Assembly (NCBI GenBank): GCA_013239625.1
Contig: MU053994.1
Span: 747,775 to 811,774 of the forward strand
Reading direction: 5' to 3'
Source: Lama guanicoe
Lineage: Eukaryota
Length of the DNA stretch: 64,000 bases
In this document: one piece after another, positions 50,666 through 64,000 of the stretch
Layout of the letters: every line of letters begins with the position of its first letter
Position numbering within the stretch: the first letter of the stretch is position 1
Made by a program: the position numbers and the translations under genes
Notes under the pieces: generated by a model
What the model saw: only the letters and a program-made list of their open reading frames with translations
The model's database searches: none
What the model was told of the DNA's origin: nothing

Positions 50666-51735
50666 CAGGCAGTCTTTCCTTTGCATGGTCCTAATATGAA
50701 GGAATTTCAGTTATCACAGTTTAGCTAAATAATACCAGTCTTCCAAGTACACAGGTCAATTTTCAGTTGCCATGGTAAATTAATTGTCAGTAGCTGCATA
50801 AAGTAAAAACTTCACTGCTAGCTCTTCAGTCTACAAATCACTATGTAAATCACAGGTGTGCATCATGATCAGTGACCAATCACATCACTTCTTTCAAAGT
50901 CTGTTGGTGATTGCCCACTGTGCAGCTGTTACTCAGTTCACATATAGAAGGCAAAGAGTATGACTGTTCTGCCTTCTCTTCTCCCATTGATAAGTCCATG
51001 GGACATTTTATAAAAATGGATAATCAAAAGAGGGAATTGTCTGACAGAGATGAAAGTGCAGTAGAGAAATAAAAAATGGTAACACTGGCAGTTCACTCTG
51101 AATCAGATGCAAATGTATTTCTAGAAGAAATAGCTGACTGTGGGATTGTTGACCCCGCTACTGTTCGAGGAGTTCTATCTCTGCAGCCAGAGGAACTTAG
51201 TGAAGATAAACTTCTTTATGTAAATGAAGACAGAGGTTGTGACAAAAAGTATAAAGATGTTCCAGAGGAAGTGACACCAGCAAAACATTTCACATAAAAG
51301 GAATTCTCAGAGAGATTTCACAATACTGGGAGTGTAAAGGATAAAATGTTGGAAGTTGACCCACTTAGAAAGGAATATGACAGTTCACCACAGCACAGAA
51401 AAGATCCTTGCTCTGTATCATAAGTTAGACAATAAGAAGACACATACACTCTTCAAACTACTCCTGATAGATTTCACAAAGAAATAAAACACTAATTCTC
51501 AATGTTTCTAATGTTTTAAATTACAGTGTATCAAGTATATATCAATTTTACTATTTTTTTCACTTCCTTAATCATTTATAACTGACAATAAGAGAGTTTT
51601 TAATGTTTTGACCAAAAAATTTAAGTCACAAAACAATTGTGATTTTCTCCATTGATTGCTAAGGTTGCTTTGAACCGTTTCGGATTTAATAGTTCTTTAC
51701 ACTCCCTCATTGCTGTGCAAAGCCAGAACTGTCTG
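50666..51735 (+). mobile_element. Tigger-type (TcMar) DNA transposon, internally deleted
   Basis: TA flanks (50664-50665 and 51736-51737); imperfect TIRs CAGGCAGTCTTTCCTTTGCA and TGCAAAGCCAGAACTGTCTG; acidic transposase C-terminal remnant (ORF 51076..51297). Confidence 0.85.
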
Positions 51736-54260
51736 TATTTTTTTAAAAAAAAGCTTACCTGCTAACATTTACTGATTTATTGGCGGTGTCATCCCACAGC
51801 AACAGGGGTGAGGGCAACATTATCAGCTGCTGCCATGTGGAGACTAGAGTCACAAAGAGGGACTTGCAGATCACTTGAGGTCTAAGGAAAAGAATTTGAA
51901 ATAAGGTTTCTGTCACTATATAAATTTGAAAATGAAAGGTCTGGACAAGAAGGGAGGATTCAAGCAGGATGTTTGTGTCTTCTTCCTATCTTTAAACTCA
52001 GATCTGTCAATGGAGAAATAAAAAGAGCATCTCAACATGACCCCAACAACAGATCATTAACTGTGACCCAAACCCTAACCCTACCTCCAACTTAGAAACT
52101 TGTTTGAAAGGACAAATTTGAGAAAGCCCCAAAGACCTTTTACCTCTCCCCATCTGCCTTCTGTTTGGGTAATAAGAGCTGGAAGTTGGAGCTTTTTTGA
52201 AGTAGCTAAAGGGGCTGTTGGTCCTTCTCTTTCATCATTATTTTTCTATTTCTTTTCATGGAAAAGAGGGAGAAAAATTCAGTTCCCTGTAAAATTTTCA
52301 TTTCCTTTCCATTTCCAATTTTTTCTCTGATATTTAACAACACCACAATTCTAAAGTCTATGGTATTCTCTTAAGTGAAAGCTGTAGGCCATGAGAATTT
52401 AGAGGGGAGTAGATACAACCAAACCCTGCAGGGGCTGAAAGTGGGGGCAGGTACTGAATCCCTGAAGTGCCACAGTTTGGAGACTCAGATTTTGCGGGCT
52501 CCAAAATAGCCAGGAGACTGAGTTTGAGCTCCATGTAATAAAAAAGACCTGAAAATTAGCTCGTGGGTTGTTTTCTCTGTTGTTGATGGATGTGAATTCA
52601 ACAATTATAGTGATGTTTCCCAAATTCCTTGAATCCTAGGGACTGGGGTTTTCTAGGAAAGCTTTTTTTCTTCCCCTTTAAAAATAATATTGGAGGAAGT
52701 CTTAAGCCATGAAATATTAATGTGTTGTTGTACGACATGGAGTCAAGAGAGTTTATCTTCTGTGATTTAATGTTGCTTGGACCTTATTCCAGAAGAAAAA
52801 ATATTCTCAAAGCTGCCCTAAATGTGAATTGGCAAAGATTAAGCTGCTACGCCTCCATTCTGGGCCAGACATGTTAAACCTGTTTACAGATCCCCAGAAG
52901 AAGAAACCAGCTGACCCTGAAAAATGTATGAATATCAGACAAAGATTTTACTTTGCAATAATATCAGTCCTTGTACATTCTAAGTGTTGCTTAATATTAT
53001 TGCTAATTAATATTATCAGAACCAAACATAAAACCAAAATATATATGTAAAAACAAATGTCCTGCCTAACTGCCATGTCTCTAAAGTTATCAAATGACTG
53101 ACTACCACTATCCAGATCTTGGACAGTTTTGTCGGCTTTTTACTAGGGTTCCAGTAAAAGGAAGAAAGTGAATATCTAGACTAGAAACTTCTTTAGCCAG
53201 CAAAATTTTTCTGTGTATTTATAAATTTATTTTTAAAATATTTGGATCTTCTTAGTCTAAACTTTAGAATATTAATTTATTTTTCTTTATGCTTTGTTAT
53301 GTGCATAATCTATTAGAATAGTAACACGTATATTAAAAGTAAGTAAACATACATTATGGATCCATTTCAAGTTTTTTTTAATGTTAGGGATCTGTAATAA
53401 AAAAAATGGAGGACAACAGCTTTAGAGAAATTTCCATTTGGAGAGTATATGAATCACATATTTTTGAAAGTTGAAGACAATGGTACTTCTTTGAAATAGG
53501 ATTGTTGACCAAAGTTTTGATCCACATAGAAGCTCAAAACACTAATTTCTATTGGAGTTGAGTATGTAATTAAAATCTTATATTAAATAAATCAATCGAC
53601 CTTTAGCCAACTAACCCTCAAACCCTCTATTTTTATGGAAGCTCCTTTCCTTAATAACTAGAATCTCTGAAGGGCTTAATGTCAAAGAAGGTCTACTGGA
53701 AAAAATCTATTCACCTACTGAGCACTAAATGAACCAATAAACTCTGTCAGAAAGTTGGATACTTAGTGAAATACTCATTTGTCTAAGTTATTTGACAACA
53801 TGCAGTGGGAACAACAAATTGAGTGAATTTGTGATTTGCCTACCTATCATCTTGTCATTACTGCAAAAAGACATAAATTCCACTAGAGAATTTATTCTTC
53901 ATCTCAAGTAGCACACACTTTTTTTCTTAAGTTGAAATTCAAACATGATCATTTTGTGACAGTTGTTTTGTTCCTAGTCAAATTAATTGATTATTCCCGT
54001 TTTCTCGTGGTATATGATACTAATTATCATTAAATAGAGATAACTGGGAATACTGAAAGAATAAATGCTGTCCATCTTATATACTGATTACCCCAAATGG
54101 CAATTACTATCATCACAATGTAACAGAATGTTAAAATGGGACTCTATCTTAGTTTCTGCCCAGGCCCGGTAGATGCTGACTCTTCCCTCATTCCAAAGTG
54201 AGATGCTAGACCACTGCACCAGGACTTGCAAAGGAGATATGCAAGAATTAGTTTTGCAAC

Positions 54261-54755
54261 TGTTGACTGAAATAAATGCACAGCCTAAAAGTTTAGAGTT
54301 ATGTTTTATTTGGCAGACATTTCTGAGGACACGAACCCCTTTGAGTCCAGGATGACAGCCTCTCAGACCGCTCTGAGGGACTGCTCCTAAGAGGCAGGGG
54401 AGGAGCTAGGATATATAGGAGCTTTACAACAAAGACCAGGTAGTTGGAACATTAAAAGATTACTTGTTAACTAAAGAAAACCAGGCATCTCAAGTTGAAG
54501 CATTTAGTGCTTTTCTATGTATGGGAGGAAGCAAACATGTGGGCTCATTGAATTCATCCCTTTGACAAGCACCTAGCTATCTAGGGCCAGTATCCTGGCC
54601 TTTCTTATTCTGAGTCTTCTCAGAGTGCACCACTGTGAGTGGCTGCAGAGGCCAGGCTGCAGGCTTGTCTTCACTGGGGGGTGGCAGCCACCGGTGACTT
54701 GATGGCTTCAGCATCCTTTGTTGACTGAAATGGTTTGCAGTATTTTTCGTTCACA
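54261..54755 (-). mobile_element. ERV1-class solo LTR (495 bp) in OTC intron 1
   Basis: TG...CA termini; 4-bp TSD CAAC (54257-54260 and 54756-54759); minus-strand AATAAA near 54305-54310. Confidence 0.85.
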
Positions 54756-56183
54756 CAACTCATTGGTGACTACCTCCAGCTTCTCAAATGGATTGCAGAA
54801 ACCAAGAGATGAGTTGTAGATCTGAAGAGGATTTTTTAAATGTTACCATTGTGGATGATGTGCCCACATGGAGAAGTACTCTTCCCTCACCTCAAGCAAG
54901 GGAAAGTGGCTCCAATGACACCAACATCTACAAGAGGAGAGCTTGGGGACACAGTAGAGTGATGTCAGGCCTATACCTGGAAAATCTGAAGTAAGAGGGA
55001 CTGGGTGGCTAGTTGTTTTGACGGTAGACAGAACAAGTGTCTGTACTGGGATGGATCTGACTCTTGTCAGGGCAGAGAACATGCAGGGCTTCCCATGACC
55101 AATATAGATGGAGAAAGATACTTAGTGTGGCATGGTCTCACATCATGACCAAGAGACTTTGAAGCACTAAGCTGGGGAGATCTCGGCAGAAAAATGTGGA
55201 TGTATTTCCTTGGATGGCAAAGGAAATGTAATTGTCCACTATCAAGTACTGCTGTGAGACATTCCCAGTGATGAGAGAGTTCTCCAAAGGACCTGCAAAA
55301 GCATCTCAGAAGAGAATCAGCCTCAAGCACCTACACCAATGCTAGATTGCTAGAACAGAGCCAGACTTTGCCTGGCCCTCAGCTCCTCACCTTCCCTTGG
55401 CTTTACTTGGAGGAACTGAAGGCAGAGAAACAGAGGAGACAGCTTATGGTCCCTCTTCCCTCTGTGGAGGAGGCCAGTTTGAATTAGGCAAGGGCTGGAA
55501 GGAAAAGGGTGTTAACTTGCAATACCTTTCTTAAAAGTTTTTTTTAAAAATTATGCATTCTTTCACTGAGACTCTTTGAGGGAATAAAGGAAGCAGAGGA
55601 CCTTTTTTACCTTGAAAGTTACTGGAAAAGTAACAGGGTCCATTGTGTCTGACCAGGGACAAGAAAAGAACAAATCTCCAAGAACAGATTTGAAGGGCAG
55701 TAGGGGAAAAAGAATGAAACTATTTTCTATTGTATGTACATTACGAATTCTGTTTGTACCATGTAATGATTTCAATAATAATAGCTAAAATTTACCAAAT
55801 ACTTATTATATGCCAGATGTTGTCTGATTTCCATGTAGTAAATCATTTTACCCTTAGAATAACCCTGTAAGATTATTATATTCATTTTCTAGGTGAAAAA
55901 TTTAGGTGCAGAGAGAGGTTAGGTAACTTGCCTGAAGTTGTGCAACTACTAAGTAACAAAGCCACTCGTGGTTATTTCCAGCAGAGAAAAATTAACCTCT
56001 TTCTTCAAATTTCTTTTTTCTTTCAACATTCAAATACTGGATATCTAAAATGTAAACCACATACCAATTTCAAGGCATGAGCACTTTGCAGAGATATATG
56101 AGGCTACACGCCAATTGCTATGGTTTGTTTCAAGAATTAAACAATGAATTACCGTAGGACATGATTTTTTTTCTTAAATATAA

Positions 56184-56450
<267 letters not shown>

Positions 56451-57774
56451 TAAAATTCATAAACAGTAGCTAAGTAATGAAACCACACAGTCAAGGTAAC
56501 TGATTATCACTGAGTGTACAGGCATATGAAAAGCATAAAAATCAGTTATTCAATGACAAGTCATTGCATTTCTTTCATGTGGAATGCTGAAATTCATTAT
56601 TAACTTAATCAAAACCTAAGGAATCATTTCTCTGGAAAGATTTTATATGTATACCTTCTTTCTTTTCTCTGTGTATTTTCTATTGAGTTAAAAATAAGGA
56701 TGATACATTTTTTTCCCCAGCAACGAATTTTAACTGTGGATGAATATCAGATATATCATGATAAGGATAATTTCAGAAAATTCAGGATGATGTGACAGTG
56801 TTAAAAAATTTAGATTAGCAAAGAAACAATTAAATGGTAACGAAGTAGGCTAAGACAGGGGATACAGTGGTTAGCTGTAAGCATTATTCTGCATGTTGAG
56901 CAATTTACGTTTGAAACACGCTTAATTAATGCCGCAGCTTCATTTAGACTGCTTAATTGTGAAAGCATTTTCATATTCCAAGCTTGTTCAAAAGCATCTG
57001 AAAGAGCTGGTTTCAGGTTGAGAAAGTTTTACACAACCTTGACTTTCTAATTTAGTTAACTAGCTCTCCAAGTTTCTAAGAACGAACTGAAAACACGAGT
57101 GACTCCAACTACTAAGGGTTGACGTTCCTATAGAAGGCCTGAAATAAGGAGAAGAGGTCCCCCAAGACCCCAGGTGTTTGTTCTTCACACTTTGTGGTGA
57201 GGAAGGTTAGCTGGCAGGAATCTAATTGTTCTAGAACTCATCCTACTGGCAAGTCCATCTACAGAAGAGGAAGGAAGGAAGAGCCCAACCCCACACCTAA
57301 ACTCTCCAGATGGTTTCCAAATGACTTTCAGAAACAAACCCTTTGCACTCTCACGAGGATGCATGATGAAAGTATAGCTGAAACTCTGGGGCTTCATCCT
57401 TAGGAGTCTGAGTGCCCCATGTGGTGACCAAGTAGCACGTTCCGAGCTGAGGAAACATTTCCTAACCAAGCATCTTTAAGGTCACTGAACACTAGTAGAG
57501 GTTGCCACGAATTTAAGTAAGAAGATGCTTCTGGTATGAAATGTGAATATCCTTTGGGACAAATGTTCAGGTTGAACCCAGAGCAACTAATCCTACTTTC
57601 TCATTACACATCGATAAGCTATGGGAGTTCCTGTTCCCTTCCCCCATTTGTATAGAACATGAAAAAAAACCCACTTCAAATTCACCTTTTAAATAACATT
57701 TGAAGGCTTACTTGGGAGCAGTGTTAATAATTCGACATTTTCTGATAATGTAAAGAATAAGCTTTGAAACATAA

Positions 57775-58044
<270 letters not shown>

Positions 58045-60694
58045 TAGTGGCAAGCCTCTGAAAGGTCTTTCCAATTCTCACAGAAGCTGCAGGCAGCAAG
58101 ATTAGCTTCATCTGTAGGAATTCCACGAGGACTTGCGTAAAAGTCCCAAACAGTTCTTCGTGTTCACTACAAGATGTCAGTGGGCTTAAATTCATAGACC
58201 TCCAAATCATGTGAGCAAGAAATGTGCATGTTTCTAATATGTAAAGAGATTTTTCTTGTTTGTACCAACTTTGCTGGATGGTGGAAACAATCTCTGCAAT
58301 GTTAGGTAATCCTCATTCGTTTCAGTGTTTGCTTTGTCAATTTAGAGTCTCTTTCCCCTCTCCCCACCGTCGTGGTTAAGCCCTGGAGAGTATCTTAATG
58401 TCAAGGCATCTCAGGCTATGGGGATCTGGTCATTAGTAATCAGGACACCATCATCAAATGTCTATACTGAAATCTGCTGGGACTTCTGTATCTCTTTTGG
58501 ACCTTGACTGGCTCCCATTCACTGTGGAGTCTGCTTCACTCTGATCACAAGACCTGAGATACCTCCTGGTTTGGTTCTGTCAACTTCTTGGCAGCTCTGC
58601 ATGCGGCAGTTGGCACAGAGGTACTGCAAGGCTCTCTCTACTCTATCGCTCCTTCCCCTTTCTGGGTGCCAGGGAGTTCTATAACATTTGCTCTCTCCTC
58701 GAATTCTGTCTTAAAAGAAGACACAGATATTCTCAGCTCTGGAGTCCCCCAAACTCATCTGAAATTTCCATCTTGCTCCATGCTCCCCACACTTCAGTAC
58801 TTGGCCTGGGGGACAGACAGCAGGATACAGTGTCAAAGATCCATCAGTTTCTATTTCTGTTCCTTCTTCTCTCTCACTCTTCTTCCCCTCCCAGTTCCCA
58901 GTATTGGAGGCCAGGTGATAAAGCAGGAGGAAAAACTGGTTCTGACTACTCACGTATTCTTTCAAGTCTCTTGTTTGATCCTGAAATCCTAGGCTATTGA
59001 AATGCAATTTTTTCTCAAACTATTATCTCTGTAATGAGTTTCAAAAGGTCTGTTACACATCACCTCCTCTTTCTCTCGGCAGTTTTGCTCCATCAGACCT
59101 CTGCTGAATCAATAATATGACTGCCCAAATGGGCAAATGGATAGGATCGAGGAGGAGGTACCATGAACAAAAACACATTGGTTGATTCTTTGTATATCTT
59201 ATCCTACTTACAAGTACCAGAGCTTTCTAGGGCTCAGAAGCAAGCAACTACTTCATGCAATTATTGCCTTGTAACTATCAGTAATGCGGTACCTCAAATA
59301 CATAACACAGTGTAGTTCAGAGGGATTAACTGTCTTGCTAAATTCATGCAATTAATACAAATAGCACCAGGATTCAGATCTCAAGTTTAGTGTTCTTACT
59401 AATGCACTCCCCTTGCCCCTTGAGAGAAGGAAGGAGGAAGAAAGAAAACATATAAGGTGTCACCTAATCTTTAAAGTCCTAGGAAGAAGACCAATGAGAA
59501 CATTTTGCTCTTTAAAGCTGGGTCCTTTGAAAGGTCACACTGACACCTGACGTTTAGTAAAGGAAAAATGAATACTGTATAAACCAGCCAGTTTCCAGAT
59601 TCTGCTCCTTTTGGAACTGGTTATCATTTTTAAATCATTATTACTTTAGAGAGGTGTTCTTTTTTGAAGTCATCAAAAGGATTGATTAATACGTAGAAAT
59701 TGCTCAATTTTAAGTTTTTTTCAAATTATTTTTTCTTAGTTGTTGCTATTGTCTACCACTTTTCTTTGAATGTTATTTTTTATTTCAAATATCCCTGTTA
59801 TCAGCTTTACCATTCACATATAATGTGGTAGTTAAGCTACTAATAAAACCAAGAGTGAAGATTTAATAAGCTTTTGGGTGCAGACCCTGTACCAAGTGCT
59901 CTACATTAATTACATAGATTATCTCACTTAATCCTCATGCCAATCTTCCCCTCTACGAGGGTGAGACCACTGAGGAAAATAGGCTGAAATAGGTTCAGCA
60001 AGTGGCTCACAGACATATAGCTAGCTAATAAATGGCAGACCCAGGATTGGAAGCCATTGTTAAATGTATTTTTAAAGTATCTAATTTAATTCGCACATGG
60101 ACATGTTTTACTCCGGTAATATTGTTTCTACAGGTGGCATTAAGCATTTTGTTAAATGACGGTTTTCCATAAAGACACACTATGAAATCTGCACAAAATT
60201 ACAAACGACAACAACAAATACACGAGAAAAAGGAACATATGACCATAAAAGTTATGGTTCACAGAGTATTCATCATTATCCTCAATAAATACCCATGGGT
60301 CTAATTGCATGTGGCATCCTGCCAAACTCAACAGTAGGAGAATTAGTCAGAGTAAGCAGCCAATTTAAATGCTTACAGAAATGGTAGAGCTCAACCCAAA
60401 ACAGGGCAGAACATTTTTATTGTGTACATGTGCATCTTAATAGTTGCCCATTGGCACAATTTTTCATCAAAACCTGTTACCTTGGTATTTAGAATGAAAC
60501 TAGGATGTGATTAAAACTGTCTATCACTACCCCTGATTTGTGCCAGCCTCTGGGATGGGGTGTTCCTCAAAGGACAGTCCTTGAGGATTCCATCCCAAGC
60601 CTGAGTTGCAAAGATACAGCAGCATGTCTACTTATCTCAGGGGACAAAATAAAATTCTCCATCCAAATAAAGCCATATTAATTGCTCATGTAAT

Positions 60695-61110
60695 ATTTTT
60701 ATTTAAGTGTAAGATACCTACAGAAAAGTGCACAAATCATTAAGTATACAGTTCAATGAATTATTCCAGTGAATACATGCTTGTAACTAATACTAAATAG
60801 AGAAACAGGATATTAACAGCACCCAGAAGCCCTCCCTTGTACCTCTTTCCAGTCGCTACTACCCCCACCCAAGGGTAACCATTATCCTGGCTTCTAACCT
60901 CATAGATTCTTTTTGCCTGTTTTCGAACTTTATAGAAATGGAATCATTCAGCATATGCTCTTTTGTGTCTGGCTTCTTTCGCTCAGCATTATGTTTGTGA
61001 GCTGTATCGATGTCGCTGTGTGTAGTTGTAGCTCATTCATTCCTCCCGCACTCTTTGTGCATGCCTGCCTGGCAAACCGCACAATTCTCCTGTGTGTCTA
61101 CTGATGATTA
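60695..61110 (-). mobile_element. Old L1 3' end, antisense
   Basis: AAGTGCACAAATC..CACCCAGAAG..AAATGGAATCAT..TGGCTTCTTTCGCTCAGCAT. Confidence 0.8.
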
Positions 61111-62359
61111 TATTCTTTTATTGCAAATTAATTGAGCAGATAGAGGAATACATTTTTACTAATCTCGGTAAGTGCAGTAGCTGATAGAAAAATGCACAGA
61201 GCAATCTAAGAGATGGTTCTTTTCATTGTTTAACATTGGTATTTGACTTTCAAGGTGAAATAGAAGCGGGTGCTTGGCAAACTGTTTAGAATGCATCATC
61301 TTAACAAAGGCATCAATATAAAAACCGCGATACTATTCCACAGGTATGAAAGTGCAGCACAGAGAGGTTAATAGCTGCCTTAGTTCTACCAGCAAGAGCC
61401 CTCAGAGCTCTGATACTTCCAGCGCATGCATTCTATCTATACCCCTTCTTCTAAAGTTTGCAAGGATCTGTGAGGAAAAGAAAGAGCAAAATAAGGTATA
61501 CTATATTTTCCCAGACAGAAGTTGAGATATTAACAGATGAAATCCTTTGTTCAAAAAGATCTGATGTGTACGCATAAACAAATGAAATCGATAAAAACAA
61601 ACTCCTGTGGATGAAGAGTGAAGAGAGAGTAGAAACTTGTTCCTCTGCCCTCCTCTCCTCAGCAATGGCAGCTCCCGGTGACTTCTCAGAATCTCTGACA
61701 CCTTCCAGAAACATTTATTGCCATCCAGGTCTGATAAACTGGTGAATGCTTGACCTGTGTTTTGGACTGGGGTCTGAGGCTTCTTTTTGATCAATGACCA
61801 AAACTGCAGAGGCAATCCCTTCTTGGAGGTAAAGTCCTTCCATTTAATCTCCTTCAAGAACTGTTGAAGGCTTTGACTCCTACTTCTGGACACTTTCTGT
61901 AGCCCCTCTTCCTACTCCTACCTTGTAAGTTCAGGCTGGTTGAGAATCTTTACAGCACAAAGAGAGAAATGAAAAGGCAACAAACTAATCCTGGGTTGTT
62001 ACCAGAATGACTTCTAGTCAAAGTAAGACTATGACTTGGAGCAGACCTGCCAGGAGGTCTTAAACTTTGTTTGAAACCTTTCTCCACAGTCCCCAAACCC
62101 TCAATGGCATTCACCCCTGTGCTAGGCACATAGTAGGTACACGATGAATACTTCCTTGATGACTGTGTAGTAGTCATATTTGTTTGGGTGATTTTCCCTG
62201 CTTAGAAACAGATTAAGTACTCAAGAGTGATGAGTGATTATAATCATCACTAAATTCCATTAGCTCACTTTACACAGAATAGAAAATTCCATTAACAAAA
62301 TTAGGAGATGTTCGCAAATGAAAAGAATGGGTCCTCTCTCTAGAGTCAAAATCCTTCCG

Positions 62360-63760
62360 ACATTTGTTCAACAAGTATTTGCTGACTACTTCCTATGTAC
62401 CAGTATTTATTCTAGGTCCCTGAGAATGATGTATCAGCGATCAAAACAGAGAAAAATCCCTGCCTTCATGGAGCTGACATTCTAGCTGGCACAGACAATA
62501 AACAATAGACATAATAAATAAGTGGATGATATAGTATGTTGGAAGGTGATAAGTGCTCTCAGCAAGGAGAAGACTGCCTGGAACTGAGGGAAAAACATGT
62601 ACTCTGTTATTTGAATTTCACCTTTTACTCTGCATAAAATGGAGGCGTCTTTGGAGAGTTTTGAACACTAGAGGGAGATGATCTAACTTGCATGTATTTA
62701 TTAATTAATTAATTTATCTATCTATCTATTTATTTATTTATTTATCTATCTATTTATTTATTTATTATTTCAATTGCTATTTTATTTTTAAATTATTTTT
62801 GTAACTAACTAATTTATTATTGCAATTGCTATTTTATTTTTAAATTATTTTTGTAACTCGCATTGTAAATGGGTCTCTCTGCTCTGTTGAGACTAATGCG
62901 GGGGCTGGGGGCAGAGACAAGGTAGAAGCAGTAAAAGCTGTCAGAAGGTCGCCGCTATACATAAAGCCTGGGGCCAGGGTGGTAGCAGAGGAAGGGGCAA
63001 GAGGGTCAGATGCGGGGTATGAATTGAAGGGAGAGTCAACAAGATCCCTGATGTATCAGGTAAAAGAGAGGCGTCAAGGATGACTTCAAGGTTTCTGTCT
63101 AAGCAACTGTGAGCAGGATGGAGCGGGACAGAGCAGGTTGGGCAGGATGAGTTTTGGAAGGACTGAGTTTGATCTTTCTATTAGATACACAAGTGAAGAT
63201 GTTGAAAAGGCACTTGGATATTAGTTTGGAGTACTGGAGTGAGATTTGGTCTAGAGATACTTGAGAGTCATCAGCATACAGATGGTACTTAAGGCCATGG
63301 GACCAGATACAATTATAAAGGAAATGAGTGCAGATGGAGGGAAGAGGACCAAGGACTAGCCGTGGGGCACATCAACATTAAAAGGTCAAGGAATATAAAA
63401 GGAACCAGCAATAGAGATTGAAAAGGAGCAACTACCAAGGTAGATGTAAGAGCAAGGAGTAGTGATGTCCAGGATGGTGTGTGAAGAGAGCTTATCGGGA
63501 GAAGTGGTGAACAACTTTGTTAAATGCTGCAAAGTCAAGAAAAATAAGAACTGAAATGGCCACTGGATGTAGCAATGTGAAGGTCATTGGTAAACTTGGT
63601 GAGTGGAGTTTTGGTGCAGTGTTGGGGGGGCCAAAGCCTTATAGAAATAGATTTAAGGGAAATGAGACAAGAACTGGAGAGAGAAACTAAAAACAAGAGT
63701 TTTGCTGCAAGGAAAGCAAAGACTTAAATGGATACCTGGCAGGGGAAATAGGCATAAGAG
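62360..63760. mobile_element. L2 LINE fragments interrupted by an AT-rich low-complexity tract (62695-62855)
   Basis: TTCAACAAGTATTT..CCCTGCCTTCATGGAGCTGACATTCTAG; GGCGTCAAGGATGACTTCAAGGTTT; GTCATCAGCATACAGATGG. Confidence 0.75.
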
Positions 63761-64000
63761 AAAGTTTGCATTTGTTGTTTTATTTATTTTTTATTTTTAA
63801 CACCTTTATTGTGGTATGATTCCTGTACAGTTAACTACACATATTTCAGATGTACACTTTGATGAATTTTGATAGATGTATACACCACAATGATGATAGA
63901 TGAAACCACCACCACAATCAAGATAGCTAACATTTCCATGTTTTATTAATGAATGAAAAAATGAGAAGAGCCTATTCAAGATGCAGATAATGAAAGGCAG

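Noticed and set aside
51076..51297. Transposase-like ORF (possible domesticated TIGD gene)
   Set aside because: Short remnant inside a decayed Tigger element; no catalytic DDE domain.
62695..62857. AT-rich tract with duplicated CAATTGCTATTTTATTTT..GTAACT
   Set aside because: Ordinary slippage in low-complexity DNA.

Overview
Mammalian (X-linked by synteny) genomic DNA, very probably from a camelid, judged from a tRNA-Ala-derived vic-1-like SINE. Two genes lie head-to-head. RPGR is on the minus strand: coding exons 2-8 are intact with exact splice sites, there is a CpG-island promoter at ~19.4-19.95 kb, and the gene continues off the left edge. OTC is on the plus strand: exons 1-3, an HNF4 promoter, and a clear HNF4-C/EBP-C/EBP-HNF4 liver enhancer ~7 kb upstream. 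The rest is ordinary transposon-rich intron and intergenic DNA (L1, L2, MIR, solo LTRs, Tigger, MER5, microsatellites). The most notable anomalies are: (1) RPGR exon 1 appears to lack its canonical MxEPEE..PD coding end and GT donor, which is either a deletion allele or an assembly error; (2) an ORF1-only, ORF2-deleted L1 in RPGR intron 8 with duplicated 5' monomers and a perfect 155-bp 3' duplication; (3) a tandem duplication carrying (TA)n tracts just upstream of the OTC promoter. I see no convincing evidence of a wholly new biological system. Most ORFs in the supplied track are spurious or repeat-derived. Comparisons to human, mouse and rat sequence are from memory and need an alignment to confirm.
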